In this document: one piece after another, positions 1-10,694 of the stretch
Position numbering within the stretch: the first letter of the stretch is position 1
How the letters are laid out: every line of letters begins with the position of its first letter
DNA from: a virus
Reading direction: 5' to 3' (one strand)
IMG/VR virus record: IMGVR_UViG_3300046167_000924
Location: 32,001-96,000 of that record
Length of the DNA: 64,000 nucleotides
Made by a program: the position numbers and the translations under genes
Notes under the pieces: model-generated
The model's database searches: none
What the model was told of the DNA's origin: nothing
Seen by the model: only the letters and a program-made list of their open reading frames with translations

Positions 1-27
1 TGCTTTCAAAGTTGGAAAGAAAATTAA
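1..27 (+). CDS. 3' end of upstream ORF (..CFQSWKEN*), truncated by window
   Basis: Open frame from position 1 to TAA at 25-27, 1 nt before next ATG. Confidence 0.4.
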   Translation, partial: CFQSWKEN

Positions 28-28
28 T

Positions 29-676
29 ATGAAAGAATCACTATTAAGATTTAAAAACAAACAAAAGTATTTACTTTTTGATTACGAAACTTGTAATTTA
101 AATTTAATATCTGGACACAATAAACCCTGGCAGTTAGCTTTTTTAGTTATCGAAAACAATAAAATTGTAGAAGAAAAAGATTATTGGTTAAAATGGGATG
201 ACTTGAGGGTTTCCCCAGAAGCTGCTAAAATTACAGGTTTCACTCAAGCAAAATACAAAAAGAACGCCGTTGACCCAAAGTTAGCTCTAGATCATTTTGA
301 GAAATATTTATATGACGATTCTTATATTAAGGTCGGCCATAATTTATTAGGATTCGATGTTTATATGCACAATTTGCACAGAAAATTAATCAATCCGAAA
401 GCGGAGTCCGATTTCAGTTATTCAGAGCAACTAGTAGATACGCTATGTTTAGCAAAAGCAGTTAAAAAACAAATTAAATTAAATAAAGAAGACAACTTTC
501 TAGCTTGGCAGTATAGATTGAATCATTTAATCGAAAGAGGGCTCTCCTGCAACCTTAAACAATGTTGTAAGGATTTCGATGTCCCCTTTGACGCGGCCAA
601 ATTACATGACGCATTATATGACATTAGAGTTAATTATGAAGTATTTAAAAAAATGATATGGGAGATAGAAATATGA
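29..676 (+). CDS. DEDDh 3'-5' exonuclease (DnaQ/epsilon-like)
   Basis: ExoI FDYET, ExoII GHNLLGFD, ExoIII HDALYD; ATGA overlap with dnaE. Confidence 0.9.
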   Translation: MKESLLRFKNKQKYLLFDYETCNLNLISGHNKPWQLAFLVIENNKIVEEKDYWLKWDDLRVSPEAAKITGFTQAKYKKNAVDPKLALDHFEKYLYDDSYIKVGHNLLGFDVYMHNLHRKLINPKAESDFSYSEQLVDTLCLAKAVKKQIKLNKEDNFLAWQYRLNHLIERGLSCNLKQCCKDFDVPFDAAKLHDALYDIRVNYEVFKKMIWEIEI

Positions 677-3231
677 GTTTTACAGAACAGTTTACAGATT
701 ATAAAGATTGTTGCCCTCCAGGGGTGCGCTTACCTGAAATTAAGATTGAACAAAAGTATTATGATATGCTCGAAGCAGATAATACTATATCCAATTACGA
801 CTTTCTTCGTAAGCTATGTCATAAAGGAGTATATGATAAAGGAATAGATAAATTTAAGAATAAAAAAGATTATTTTGATCGTGCAAAATCAGAATTAAAA
901 ATATTAAATGAACTAGGCTTTATTGATTATATTTTATTGAACTGGGATATAATTAATTTCTGCCACGAACAGGATATACCTACTGGTCCAGGTAGAGGGT
1001 CAGCAGCAGGATCACTTGTGTTGTATTTAATTGGAGTTACCAACGTAGACCCAGTAGAGTATAACTTGTTTTTTGAGCGCTTTGTTTCGAAAAGTCGAGC
1101 TAGAAAAATAGAAAAAGATGGAATAACTTACCTTGATGGAAGTTTGTTGGCGGATGTTGATAACGACATTGCTTATGAGCGTCGAGTAGAAGTGATCGAG
1201 TACATCGAGAAGAAACACCCGGCTCGTACTGCAAAGATTTTGACACTAAACACCTTGAGCGGAAAACTCTGCATTAAAGAATGTGGTAAAATTGTTGGAG
1301 AATACTCCGAACAAGAAGTTAATGAAGTGAGCGATACGATACCAAAAAAGTTTGGAGTTGTTGTGCCTCTCTCGACAGCAATCCAGGAAAGTGAAAAATT
1401 TACAGATTGGGCAGTTGAAAACCAAGAGGTTTTTGAAGTAGCTCTCAAGCTAGAAGGTTTAAATAAAAATACTGGAGTTCACCCAAGCGGAATAGCTATA
1501 TCCTTCGCCCAAATGACGGATATCTGCCCAGTTCAACAGACAAATGATGGCGCATTGGTTACAGGTTACGACATGAATTGGGTATCTGAATTGATGGTTA
1601 AATTTGATATTCTTGGACTAAGAACCTTGAGCGTTATCTATGATGTTTGTAAAAATATTGATATTGATATATCTAACGTAGACTTAAATGATAAAAAAAT
1701 GTTTAAACCGCTTCAGTCCTTAAGAGCTCCCCACGGACTATTTCAGCTTGAGTCTGATACAAATTATCGAGTGTGTAAGAAAATCAAGCCAAGAGATTTG
1801 GAACAGCTAAGCGCCGTGATTGCTATCGGCAGACCTGGAGCTTTAGATTTCCTCGACTCATATACAACTTATTCCGAAAGCGGAGAGGCTCAGGTTATTC
1901 ATGAATTTTTTAGAGATGTTCTTGATTATACTGGAGGAATACCTCTTTACCAAGAGCAGTTGATGCAAATGGCGGTTAAAGTTGGCTTCACCCTAGATGA
2001 ATCAGAACAGCTCAGAAGGATTGTCGGAAAGAAAAAAATCGACCAAATGCCAGCGTGGCAAGCAAAGATTCAACAAAAGATTATTGATAACGATCTACCT
2101 ACCGAAGTGGGGGATGTACTTTGGAGCGTTGCTGAAGACAGTGCAAACTATTCATTTAACAAATCCCACTCTTTGGCGTATGCAACTTTGGCGGCATGGA
2201 CAACATATTTGAAATTCAAGCACCCCCAACAGTTCTTTCTGTCTTTGCTTAAAATGACTAAATACGAACCTGCGCCACAAGAAGAAATATCTAAGGTCTC
2301 TCAAGAATTATCTAACTTTGGAATTAAGCTTCTCTCTCCAGATTTAGCTAAATCTAAAATGGACTTTTCTATCGAAGGGAAAAATATAAGATTTGGCCTT
2401 AACAGCATCAAAGGGGTTAGCGAAAAATCTCTCGCATCATTAAGAGATTTTAGATCTACAGAAACACCAACAAAGTATGATATTTTTCTTTCGGCCAAAC
2501 AGGCTGGGCTAAATATAGGCGTACTATCTTCGTTAGTTCAGGCTGGAGCTCTTCAAAGTAAAGGCTCTAATAGATCCTTAATGGCTCTTGAGGCGCAAGC
2601 ATTTAACCTCCTAACAGACAGAGAGAAAAGAAACTTTATTTTGCTTGGAGAGGAATATGAGTATAAGCTTCTTAATTGTATTGCAGATGCAAAAAGCGAG
2701 AAACTTGTAGGAGATGACGGAAAACCATTGATGAAAGAATCAAGATTTAAAACATTCAAGAAAAAGTATGACTTATACAAGTCTATATATGATAAAAATA
2801 AACAATATGAAACTTTTGCAAATTGGTATTTTGAAAATGAACTTCTTGGCTATAGCCACAGCTCGAAACTAAAAAGCTGTTTTATCGATTCCTACAAAGA
2901 CTTAAAAGATTCCACAGATTTAGAATTAATGAACCTAGATGAATCTGGAAAGTTTATAGGTGTTGTAGAAGATTGCCTGAAGGCCACCTCAAGAAACGGA
3001 AATAAATATATTAAATTATCAATCACAGACGAAAACGGAAGGTACAATGCAATGTTGTTAAACTCGAGAAGAGGTAATTTTTATGACAGATATTTTGAAA
3101 AAAATGAAAAAGCTCCAAGCAAAAAAAATATCGTAGTCGCATATGGAAGAAAAGCTGAAGACATAGTATTTCTTGACTCTATAAGGATTATGGATGAAAA
3201 GATATATATGAAAATGTCTGAAGTTAAGTAA
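673..3231 (+). CDS. dnaE: DNA polymerase III alpha (DnaE), lacking N-terminal PHP domain
   Basis: GPGRGSAAGSLVLY, FERF, catalytic DVDND and KFDILGL, YSFNKSH, C-terminal OB fold; start 673 from ATGA overlap. Confidence 0.95.
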   Translation: MSFTEQFTDYKDCCPPGVRLPEIKIEQKYYDMLEADNTISNYDFLRKLCHKGVYDKGIDKFKNKKDYFDRAKSELKILNELGFIDYILLNWDIINFCHEQDIPTGPGRGSAAGSLVLYLIGVTNVDPVEYNLFFERFVSKSRARKIEKDGITYLDGSLLADVDNDIAYERRVEVIEYIEKKHPARTAKILTLNTLSGKLCIKECGKIVGEYSEQEVNEVSDTIPKKFGVVVPLSTAIQESEKFTDWAVENQEVFEVALKLEGLNKNTGVHPSGIAISFAQMTDICPVQQTNDGALVTGYDMNWVSELMVKFDILGLRTLSVIYDVCKNIDIDISNVDLNDKKMFKPLQSLRAPHGLFQLESDTNYRVCKKIKPRDLEQLSAVIAIGRPGALDFLDSYTTYSESGEAQVIHEFFRDVLDYTGGIPLYQEQLMQMAVKVGFTLDESEQLRRIVGKKKIDQMPAWQAKIQQKIIDNDLPTEVGDVLWSVAEDSANYSFNKSHSLAYATLAAWTTYLKFKHPQQFFLSLLKMTKYEPAPQEEISKVSQELSNFGIKLLSPDLAKSKMDFSIEGKNIRFGLNSIKGVSEKSLASLRDFRSTETPTKYDIFLSAKQAGLNIGVLSSLVQAGALQSKGSNRSLMALEAQAFNLLTDREKRNFILLGEEYEYKLLNCIADAKSEKLVGDDGKPLMKESRFKTFKKKYDLYKSIYDKNKQYETFANWYFENELLGYSHSSKLKSCFIDSYKDLKDSTDLELMNLDESGKFIGVVEDCLKATSRNGNKYIKLSITDENGRYNAMLLNSRRGNFYDRYFEKNEKAPSKKNIVVAYGRKAEDIVFLDSIRIMDEKIYMKMSEVK

Positions 3232-3246
3232 AATAATGTGTAAATT

Positions 3247-5718
3247 ATGAAGATGACGCCAAAGCCTAATTTTACGCCGCGCGCACAGCAGGCAATCAAT
3301 GAAGCGAAAAAAGTTGCCGAGAAATATAAAAATAACGATGTATCAATAGAGCATTTATTTTATGGAATGCTCAAGTTGACAGCAGGAATATTAAGTGAAA
3401 TACTTTTTTTATTAAATATTAACCAAAGATTATTACTTGAAGAAGTAGAAAATTCTTTCGTAGACTCACTCGCTAATGAAGATTATGATCTTGATACAGA
3501 ATATGAAGAGCCCAGTTATGACGAACATTTTCACCTAATCCTTAAAGTTGCAGCCTCAATCAGCTCTAAGCTTGGTCATGAATATGTTGGACTAGAACAT
3601 ATGCTTTTAGCTTTATTGAAATATGAAGAATCGAGTGTGCCTCAATTTTTTGTTCCTTTCAATGCCTCTGAAGAAGATATTATCATAGAAGTAAGAGAAT
3701 ACCTGCATCTTTCAAAAGAAAATCACACAAGCAGTAGGACTCAGAAAAGCAACCCCACCCCGCCCAAACCTATAGTTAAAGACCTTGCGACCCCAACGCT
3801 TGAAAAGCATGCCTTAAATTTAAACATGCAAGCGATAAAAGGTAAATTTGATGGGATCATAGGAAAACAGCAAGAAATTATGGAAGCTTGTGAAATTTTA
3901 TGCCGAAAAACAAAAAATAATCCAGTTTTACTTGGAGAGCCTGGCGTAGGAAAAACGGCCATAGTTGAAGGTTTAGCTCAAAAAATAGTAAAAGCAGAAG
4001 CCCCAGATTTCCTACTAGGCAAGATTATATATGCCCTAGACCTAGGATCACTCATAGCTGGAACAAAATATAGAGGACAATTCGAGGAACGACTCAAGAA
4101 AATTATCGACGAAGCAAAGAAAAACCCAGAAATAATACTATTCATTGACGAAATTCACACCCTAGTAGGCGCAGGTAGCGCAGAAGGAAGCATGGACGCA
4201 GCGAATCTATTAAAACCCTTACTTGCAAGAGGAGAACTTAAATGTATTGGCGCAACAACAGTTGATGAATACAAAAAAAGTATATTAAAAGACGGAGCTT
4301 TAGATCGAAGATTTCAAGCAGTAAAAGTTATCGAGCCAACAAAGTCAGAAACTAGACAAATTTTACAAGGAATAAAAAATAAATACGAATCATTTCATAG
4401 TATTCATTATACAGATGAAATTTTAGATTTGATTGTTCATTTGACTTCTAAATACATTCTTGATAAACAGTTTCCAGATAAAGCGATTGATGTTATGGAT
4501 CAAGCTGGTTCAAAAGTTAAAATTAAAAATATAGAAAGACCACAAGAAGCAAAAGACATAGAAAAGCATTTAGAAAATCTAGCACTAAAAGAGTCTGATC
4601 TAAGCATAGTAGGAATGGATACATATGCAGTAACAGAAGAACAATTAAATTTATTAGAAGAATATGATACTATAATAGATAATTGGTTAACTAAAACATT
4701 AAAATCAAAAATAAAAGTTACTAAAAAAGATATTTTTGAAGTTGTGTCCTCGAGAACAGGAATACCGGTTTCTCAAGTTTCTAAAAAAGATTCAACAAGG
4801 ATGCTTGGATTGTTCAAAAAGCTAGACAAGAAAATTGTTGGCCAAACAGAAGCCTTACAAGAAATTTCTCAATCAATTTTAAGATCTAAATCTGGATTGC
4901 AGGATGCAGGTAAGCCAGTCGGAAGCTTTTTATTGGTTGGAGCTAGCGGAACAGGAAAAACTTATACAGCAAAATGTATTGCTGAATTTATATATGGAGG
5001 TATAGACAAATTAATACAGCTTGATATGAGTGAATTTTCCGAGAAGATTTCGTCTAGTCGACTAATTGGCGCATCCCCAGGGTATGTGGGATACGAAGAA
5101 GGTGGAGATCTAACTGAAAGAGTAAGAAGGAATCCTTACAGTGTTATACTATTTGATGAAATTGAGAAGGCTCACCCAGAGGTCCTAAACATATTGTTGC
5201 AAATTCTTGAAGAGGGTTTTGTTACAGACAACTCAGGAAGAAAGATTAATTTTAATAATTGTATAATTATCCTAACAGGTAATATTGGTAGTGAAAAAAT
5301 ATCCAAACCAACTATTGGATTCGGAGGAGATGGAGAAACTGCCGCAAAAGACAAAATCAAAAACGAACTAAAAGGGTTCTTTAGGCCAGAATTTCTAAAT
5401 AGGCTTAACGAAATTATTGTTTTTAAAGATTTCCAAGAAGATGAGTTGGCGGAAATAGCAAAACTTGAGATGCAAAAATTGATCAACAAATTAAAAGACA
5501 TGGATTTAAAAATGTCAGCAACTCCAAAAGTATCAAAGTATATAGCTTCCCTTGCGACATCAGAAAAAATGGGCGCGAGACCAATTAAAAGATTAATTCA
5601 AAAACACTTAGAAAATCCGCTATCTGAACTTATTTTAAATAAATCGCTAACAGAAGAATCGGAAATTAAATTCTCTATCGTAAAGGAAGAGGTAAAATAT
5701 ACTATTAAGGAAGTATAG
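3247..5718 (+). CDS. clpC: ClpA/ClpC-family AAA+ ATPase (alternative start 3253)
   Basis: Clp_N repeats, Walker A GEPGVGKT and GASGTGKT, Walker B FIDEIH and LFDEIEK, FRPEFLNR, IGF loop. Confidence 0.9.
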   Translation: MKMTPKPNFTPRAQQAINEAKKVAEKYKNNDVSIEHLFYGMLKLTAGILSEILFLLNINQRLLLEEVENSFVDSLANEDYDLDTEYEEPSYDEHFHLILKVAASISSKLGHEYVGLEHMLLALLKYEESSVPQFFVPFNASEEDIIIEVREYLHLSKENHTSSRTQKSNPTPPKPIVKDLATPTLEKHALNLNMQAIKGKFDGIIGKQQEIMEACEILCRKTKNNPVLLGEPGVGKTAIVEGLAQKIVKAEAPDFLLGKIIYALDLGSLIAGTKYRGQFEERLKKIIDEAKKNPEIILFIDEIHTLVGAGSAEGSMDAANLLKPLLARGELKCIGATTVDEYKKSILKDGALDRRFQAVKVIEPTKSETRQILQGIKNKYESFHSIHYTDEILDLIVHLTSKYILDKQFPDKAIDVMDQAGSKVKIKNIERPQEAKDIEKHLENLALKESDLSIVGMDTYAVTEEQLNLLEEYDTIIDNWLTKTLKSKIKVTKKDIFEVVSSRTGIPVSQVSKKDSTRMLGLFKKLDKKIVGQTEALQEISQSILRSKSGLQDAGKPVGSFLLVGASGTGKTYTAKCIAEFIYGGIDKLIQLDMSEFSEKISSSRLIGASPGYVGYEEGGDLTERVRRNPYSVILFDEIEKAHPEVLNILLQILEEGFVTDNSGRKINFNNCIIILTGNIGSEKISKPTIGFGGDGETAAKDKIKNELKGFFRPEFLNRLNEIIVFKDFQEDELAEIAKLEMQKLINKLKDMDLKMSATPKVSKYIASLATSEKMGARPIKRLIQKHLENPLSELILNKSLTEESEIKFSIVKEEVKYTIKEV

Positions 5719-6232
5719 GTTTTATCGGATCCTTGATTTCAGGGTCACTTGGCTTCATGGGGTCTTCGAACTTCTCTCCAGGATTTCCAGATAAATCCTG
5801 GGGAGCTTCGCTTTGTTTTTCGTTAAAAATAGTCATGCATGCACCAAACCTATCACCTTGAATTGGATAACGTTTTTTCATATTCGCATCCAATATACAT
5901 CTTGTAACGAACTGGTCTCCAGTTTCTGCCGCGGTTGGAATTGGATACCTTTTGTCCTGATTAGAGAGAAAATTGTTTGAACCTTCATCGGGTGAAGACT
6001 CTGCTTTTTGATTTGGAAATATCTTTTGATATTCGGTATAAGTCATAGCTTCGTCTAAAGCTTCATAAGATTCTCTTATCTTATTTTTTACCCAATCCTC
6101 AAGCTCAGAATCATCTTGCATCATATCGTACATAATTCTAGCTTTTTTCCAAATATGATAAAGTTCTGACTTAACAACTTTGGAGACTTGTTTTGAGTCA
6201 GCGTTTGATTCGTTTTGAGCTGTGTTATCCAT
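5705..6232 (-). CDS. Hypothetical protein
   Basis: 175-aa ORF ending head-module run; GTG-TAATTT motif 6 nt before ATG. Confidence 0.75.
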   Translation of the reverse strand: MDNTAQNESNADSKQVSKVVKSELYHIWKKARIMYDMMQDDSELEDWVKNKIRESYEALDEAMTYTEYQKIFPNQKAESSPDEGSNNFLSNQDKRYPIPTAAETGDQFVTRCILDANMKKRYPIQGDRFGACMTIFNEKQSEAPQDLSGNPGEKFEDPMKPSDPEIKDPIKPILP

Positions 6233-6257
6233 AATATAAAATTACACCTTTTTTATG

Positions 6258-8384
6258 TTATCTATAATAATTATCTAAACTTGGATTCGATCCTGTGGTA
6301 GGGGCGTCCCCGCCAACTACTTGGCTAGGTTTAGCTCCATATAAATTGTATGCATAAACTAAATCTTTAACCTTTGATTGTGAAGCTGTAAATGCATCAT
6401 AAATACCTTTTGCTGCGACATTTTTATTTGGTTTTTGTATCATAGAATCACCTTCTCGTATTACTTGAAAATCAGAAACCCCGTCGGTACCTGCGATTCC
6501 TCGCAATACATTTCTATGAGCCTTTCTGTTGTATTCAGTTAAATACATTTCGCGCAAGATAGCTTGTTCTTCTAAATTAAAACCCTGAGGGTTATACCCG
6601 CTAAAAGAAGTAAATATTAAAGTGTTAAGTTCGCCTAAATGACCTTCGAGCCAATTAGAAATCAATCCAATTTCTGTTGTCCTTTCTTGCCCTGTGTGGA
6701 AACCTAACTCTTCGTCGTATATTTTTGTTGCTAGAACTCCTAGGTCAGTTCCATTATAACTTACTGGATTCTCAAGCCCAATACTAGCAAATAAATCAGA
6801 AAGATCTTCAACCGCCTTGGATAGGCTTGATATTTCCGTTTGATCTAATGCTGGGCTTGCGGCAAGGCTGGAAACATCTGTATCTAAAGAAATGTCTTTT
6901 GCGGCAAGGCTGGAAATTTCTACTGATCCTGATAAAGGATTCTCTGCTAAACCTGATAGACCACTTTCTAACTCTGCATCTTTCGCTGCTAAACTAGATA
7001 TTTCGGTGTTTGCAGATAAAGGGTTTGCAGCCAAGCTAGAAATATCACTTTCTAATTCAACATCTTGCGACGCCAGACTTGAGACGTCTGTGTCTAAACT
7101 TAAATCTTTTAAATTTAAGGCTGTGTCCTGTGCAGCCAGACTAGAAATGTCAGTAGAGTCAACTGCGTTCTGAGCCGCGAGGCTAGAAACATCAACATCT
7201 AAATCTAAATCCTTGGCAGCTAAACTTGAAACGTCTGTAGTCGATTCAGTGTCCTGTGCAGCCAGACTAGAAATGTCAATAGAGTCAACTGTATTCTGAG
7301 CTGCGAGGCTAGAAACATCAACATCTAAATCTAAATCCTTGGCAGCTAAACTTGAAACGTCTGTAGTCGATTCAGTGTCCTGTGCAGCCAGACTAGAAAT
7401 GTCAGTAGAGTCAACTGTATTCTGAGCTGCGAGGCTAGAAACATCAACATCTAAATCTAAATCCTTGGCAGCTAAACTTGAAACGTCTGTAGTCGATTCA
7501 GTGTCCTGTGCAGCCAGACTAGAAATGTCAGTAGAGTCAACTGTATTCTGAGCTGCGAGGCTAGAAACATCAACATCTAAATCTAAATCCTTGGCAGCTA
7601 AACTTGAAACGTCTGTAGTCGATTCAGTGTCCTGTGCAGCCAGACTAGAAATGTCAGTAGAGTCAACTGTATTCTGAGCTGCGAGGCTAGAAACATCAAC
7701 ATCTAAATCTAAATCCTTGGCGGCTAAACTTGAAACGTCTGTAGTCGATTCAGTGTCCTGTGCAGCCAGACTAGAAATGTCAGTAGAGTCAACTGTATTC
7801 TGAGCTGCGAGGCTAGAAACATCAACATCTAAATCTAAATCCTTGGCAGCTAAACTTGAAACGTCTGTAGTCGATTCAGTGTCCTGTGCAGCCAGACTAG
7901 AAATGTCAGTAGAGTCAACTGTATTCTGAGCTGCGAGGCTAGAAACATCAACATCTAAATCTAAATCCTTGGCAGCTAAACTTGAAACGTCTGTAGTCGA
8001 TTCAGTGTCCTGTGCAGCTAGACTAGAAATGTCAATAGAGTCAACTGTATTCTGAGCTGCGAGGCTAGAAACATCTTCGTCTAGCGATACATCTTTAAAC
8101 GCAAGACTAGAAACATCTGAATCGATATCTCTAACACCCGTAGCTTCTGCATTAACGCTTAATTCATATCCATCAAAATTTAAAGCGCTACCAAAATTAA
8201 CATAAAAACCTGAAGAGGAAACTCCAGATACAATATAAGGAACAATCGCAGATGTTAAATCATTATTTAATTCAGTAACGACTGAAGGAGTTTCCAAAAA
8301 AGATTCTGGAAATTCAATAAAATATAAATTAGATCCTTTTTGTAAAGGTTCTATAAATGAAACAACATCTGGATCGCCAGCCAT
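6258..8384 (-). CDS. Putative virion neck/head-completion protein with internal 14-aa DxSSLAA repeats
   Basis: 708-aa ORF downstream of MCP; globular N- and C-termini flank long heptad-like repeat; function inferred from position. Confidence 0.6.
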   Translation of the reverse strand: MAGDPDVVSFIEPLQKGSNLYFIEFPESFLETPSVVTELNNDLTSAIVPYIVSGVSSSGFYVNFGSALNFDGYELSVNAEATGVRDIDSDVSSLAFKDVSLDEDVSSLAAQNTVDSIDISSLAAQDTESTTDVSSLAAKDLDLDVDVSSLAAQNTVDSTDISSLAAQDTESTTDVSSLAAKDLDLDVDVSSLAAQNTVDSTDISSLAAQDTESTTDVSSLAAKDLDLDVDVSSLAAQNTVDSTDISSLAAQDTESTTDVSSLAAKDLDLDVDVSSLAAQNTVDSTDISSLAAQDTESTTDVSSLAAKDLDLDVDVSSLAAQNTVDSTDISSLAAQDTESTTDVSSLAAKDLDLDVDVSSLAAQNTVDSIDISSLAAQDTESTTDVSSLAAKDLDLDVDVSSLAAQNAVDSTDISSLAAQDTALNLKDLSLDTDVSSLASQDVELESDISSLAANPLSANTEISSLAAKDAELESGLSGLAENPLSGSVEISSLAAKDISLDTDVSSLAASPALDQTEISSLSKAVEDLSDLFASIGLENPVSYNGTDLGVLATKIYDEELGFHTGQERTTEIGLISNWLEGHLGELNTLIFTSFSGYNPQGFNLEEQAILREMYLTEYNRKAHRNVLRGIAGTDGVSDFQVIREGDSMIQKPNKNVAAKGIYDAFTASQSKVKDLVYAYNLYGAKPSQVVGGDAPTTGSNPSLDNYYR
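7123..8075 (-). repeat. Coding tandem repeat, about 7.5 near-identical 126-bp units (3 x 42 bp)
   Basis: ggctagaaacatc recurs at 7181, 7307, 7433, 7559, 7685, 7811, 7937, 8063; degenerate copies extend to about 6830. Confidence 0.97.
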
Positions 8385-8387
8385 ATA

Positions 8388-8795
8388 TTATCCTTTTAGA
8401 TAGTCTATAACCTCTTTATGTTTGGGGTTACTTGGATCGAGTGTGATTGGTTGACCCATGACTTGAACGCTTCCTTGTCCATGTAAACTGGACTCGAAAG
8501 CTCTTTTGATTTTATTCTTTAATACAGTTTTATTTCCAGATGGAAATACTCCAACTTTTACTGCGAAAGCCTGAAGATCAGTTAAATTCATATCTTCAAG
8601 CATATCTTTAAAGATTCTTTTGTCGTTGGTTTTAAAAGGGTTTATCTTCGCGATACCCAAAATTTCCTCCAACTCCTTGGCTTTTGCTACTTGATCCTCG
8701 TAGCTCTTACCAGTTGTTTGATTGAGTTCTTCAAGCTTTGGGGCTTTTTTTACCGCAGCCTTGCTCGTTTTTTTAGTTGTTTTTTTATTTGCCAT
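8388..8795 (-). CDS. Hypothetical protein, basic N-terminus
   Basis: 135-aa ORF between MCP terminator and repeat protein. Confidence 0.8.
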   Translation of the reverse strand: MANKKTTKKTSKAAVKKAPKLEELNQTTGKSYEDQVAKAKELEEILGIAKINPFKTNDKRIFKDMLEDMNLTDLQAFAVKVGVFPSGNKTVLKNKIKRAFESSLHGQGSVQVMGQPITLDPSNPKHKEVIDYLKG

Positions 8796-8850
8796 AATTG
8801 TACCTTATTCCTTTGTATTTTAATACACTATATAATAATGATTTTAAATA

Positions 8851-8884
8851 AAAAATCCACCCCAGTTGCCTGAGGTGGACTTTT
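8851..8884 (-). terminator. Intrinsic terminator after major capsid gene
   Basis: GTCCACCTCAG-GCAA-CTGGGGTGGAT followed by T run. Confidence 0.85.
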
Positions 8885-8907
8885 ATAAAACGTTAATTCT
8901 ATTTAAA

Positions 8908-10030
8908 TTAAACGATCAGACCAAGTAATACGCGGTCGTCGATGATCATACGTCCCTCTTCAAGAGAACCGTAGTAACCAATCTTAGATTGACGTGTTAC
9001 GAATTGGTCATCGGATACAAGACTAAACTCGTCTCCGGACTCGGAATCGGTAGCTACTGCGCGAATCATAGACTCGCGACTGAGATCAACACCAACAAGG
9101 ATTTGCTCATCTGCCTGCGTAAAGGTTGTCTTTGCGGGGCTAGTTGCAACCGAATAATGGTCATCATAAGAAGCGCTTGAAGATGAGTCGAAGACTTTGT
9201 TCCAAGCTTGATCAACACCCATTTCATTGTACTCTTGAATGGATACGCCATAGAACTCAGGAATTCCAGCGCTATTGAAGATAGCATCGCGCATACTGTC
9301 TGTACCAGCGATATCTGTGTTACTTCCTTTTGTGTTGATTGGGTTATAAGCTAAACCACGAATTTCTTCTACGATTTCAGGCGAAACCAAGATGTCTGTA
9401 ATTCCACGCCCACGACGATCAGCAGGAGTTCCGCCAGTCCAAGAAGTATTAATTCTTTTTGCTCTGGTAAACAACTTATTCAAGTCTGAAAGTAAAAACC
9501 TTCCAGCTTGAGCGGAACGAATAACGTGCTTGTCGTTATTTGTGCTTGCGTTAGCCAATGCAGTCATGATCATGCTGGCAGAAGTTTTTTCTTGTTTAAG
9601 AAGAACTTCTTGAGCCATACGTGTGAATGTCTTGCTTACAACGTCAAGTCTTGAACGAGAAGCGTAGCGCTTGTCGAAGCTCAATGCACTGTCGAGAGTA
9701 TAAGTTGTGAACTTAAGCTCGCTTTGTGAAGGAGCGACTTGGTTTGTTGGAAGACCTCCTGGAACGGATTGACTCCAAACTTGGATGTAATCTTCGTCAG
9801 TAATGTCGTGATAAAGATCCAAAGGAATACTTGGGCTCTCATCGCTGTTGAACTGAAGGCTTGTAAACATGTTACTTACTGTAGGAGCTGCGTTAACAAC
9901 TTCTGCTAAAACTGGACCGATAAATTCAGCCAATGCAGTTTGAGCTTCGTAAGCAACTTCTCTGTTTCTTGGAAGCCATAGCTTTGATAAGCTCGACTTG
10001 CTCGGGTGTTCTTTCTAAAGTAATTTTCAT
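8908..10030 (-). CDS. Major capsid protein (apparent +1 frameshift near 9966)
   Basis: Removing one A joins MKITLERTPEQVELIKAMASK to NREVAYEAQTALAEFIGPVL; position after protease/scaffold, size and strong terminator fit an MCP. Confidence 0.8.
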
Positions 10031-10047
10031 TTTCTTTAATTCCTTTC

Positions 10048-10675
10048 TTAGAAGCTGATTTTGCAGAGAAACTTTGTTGCATCGCTGTCTACGGCTATAC
10101 AAGTACCAACAGACGAACCTGCTGATGAGCTTACTCAACTGGCCGTTAGCTCCAACATACAATGCTTCACCAACTGAAGGCTCTTCGCTTGTAGTAAATG
10201 CAGTTTTCTTTAATAAAACTAATCCGCGAGTCAAAACAGGAACTGTTTGACCAGGAAGAACTGCTTGAGCTTCGTCCAATTTTTGTTTATAATAGAGAAG
10301 TTTTTCTCCGTTTTCGTCGTAAGCCAAGGTTTCACGAAGTGTGATACCTAAAGCTACGTCGCCAGCACTTGTAGCAGCGTCAACTGTCATACCGTTAAAC
10401 GGGTATGCGTTATATCCGATGTGTGCACTTGTAGGAGTAGCGCCCAAGTAATCTCTGAGTTTTCCAGAGGTAGCTAGGCCGCTATCCGCGTTGTACATAT
10501 CACCAGTATTCCCCGCTTTACCGGACACAACAACGCCTGCATCCAAACGCCAACTAGTACGCTTCAGTCATCAACAATCGCGTGAGATGAGTATCGCTCT
10601 GTATACGTCAAGAGCGAATAAGTTAACAACGTCGTGTTCACTGTAGTCTCGGTATGGTAGTATTCTTTTTGCCAT
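10048..10675 (-). CDS. Capsid-associated (decoration-like) protein, disrupted by indels
   Basis: MAKRILPYRDYSEHDVVNLF start; TGA TGA near 10570; frameshift near 10130 restores ..VGTCIAVDSDATKFLCKISF* before AAGGAA and MCP ATG. Confidence 0.6.
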
Positions 10676-10694
10676 AATTTTTTTCTTCTATATA

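Noticed and set aside
1027-5501. Antisense and nested ORFs within dnaE and clp, and similar shadows elsewhere (10787-11068, 13341-13757, 15515-15946, 22296-22739, 56500-57165)
   Set aside because: Overlap well-supported genes, no motifs or promoters
10560-10580. TGA stop-codon reassignment
   Set aside because: TGA acts as a normal stop in ATGA overlaps (676, 18561) and other long genes have no internal TGA
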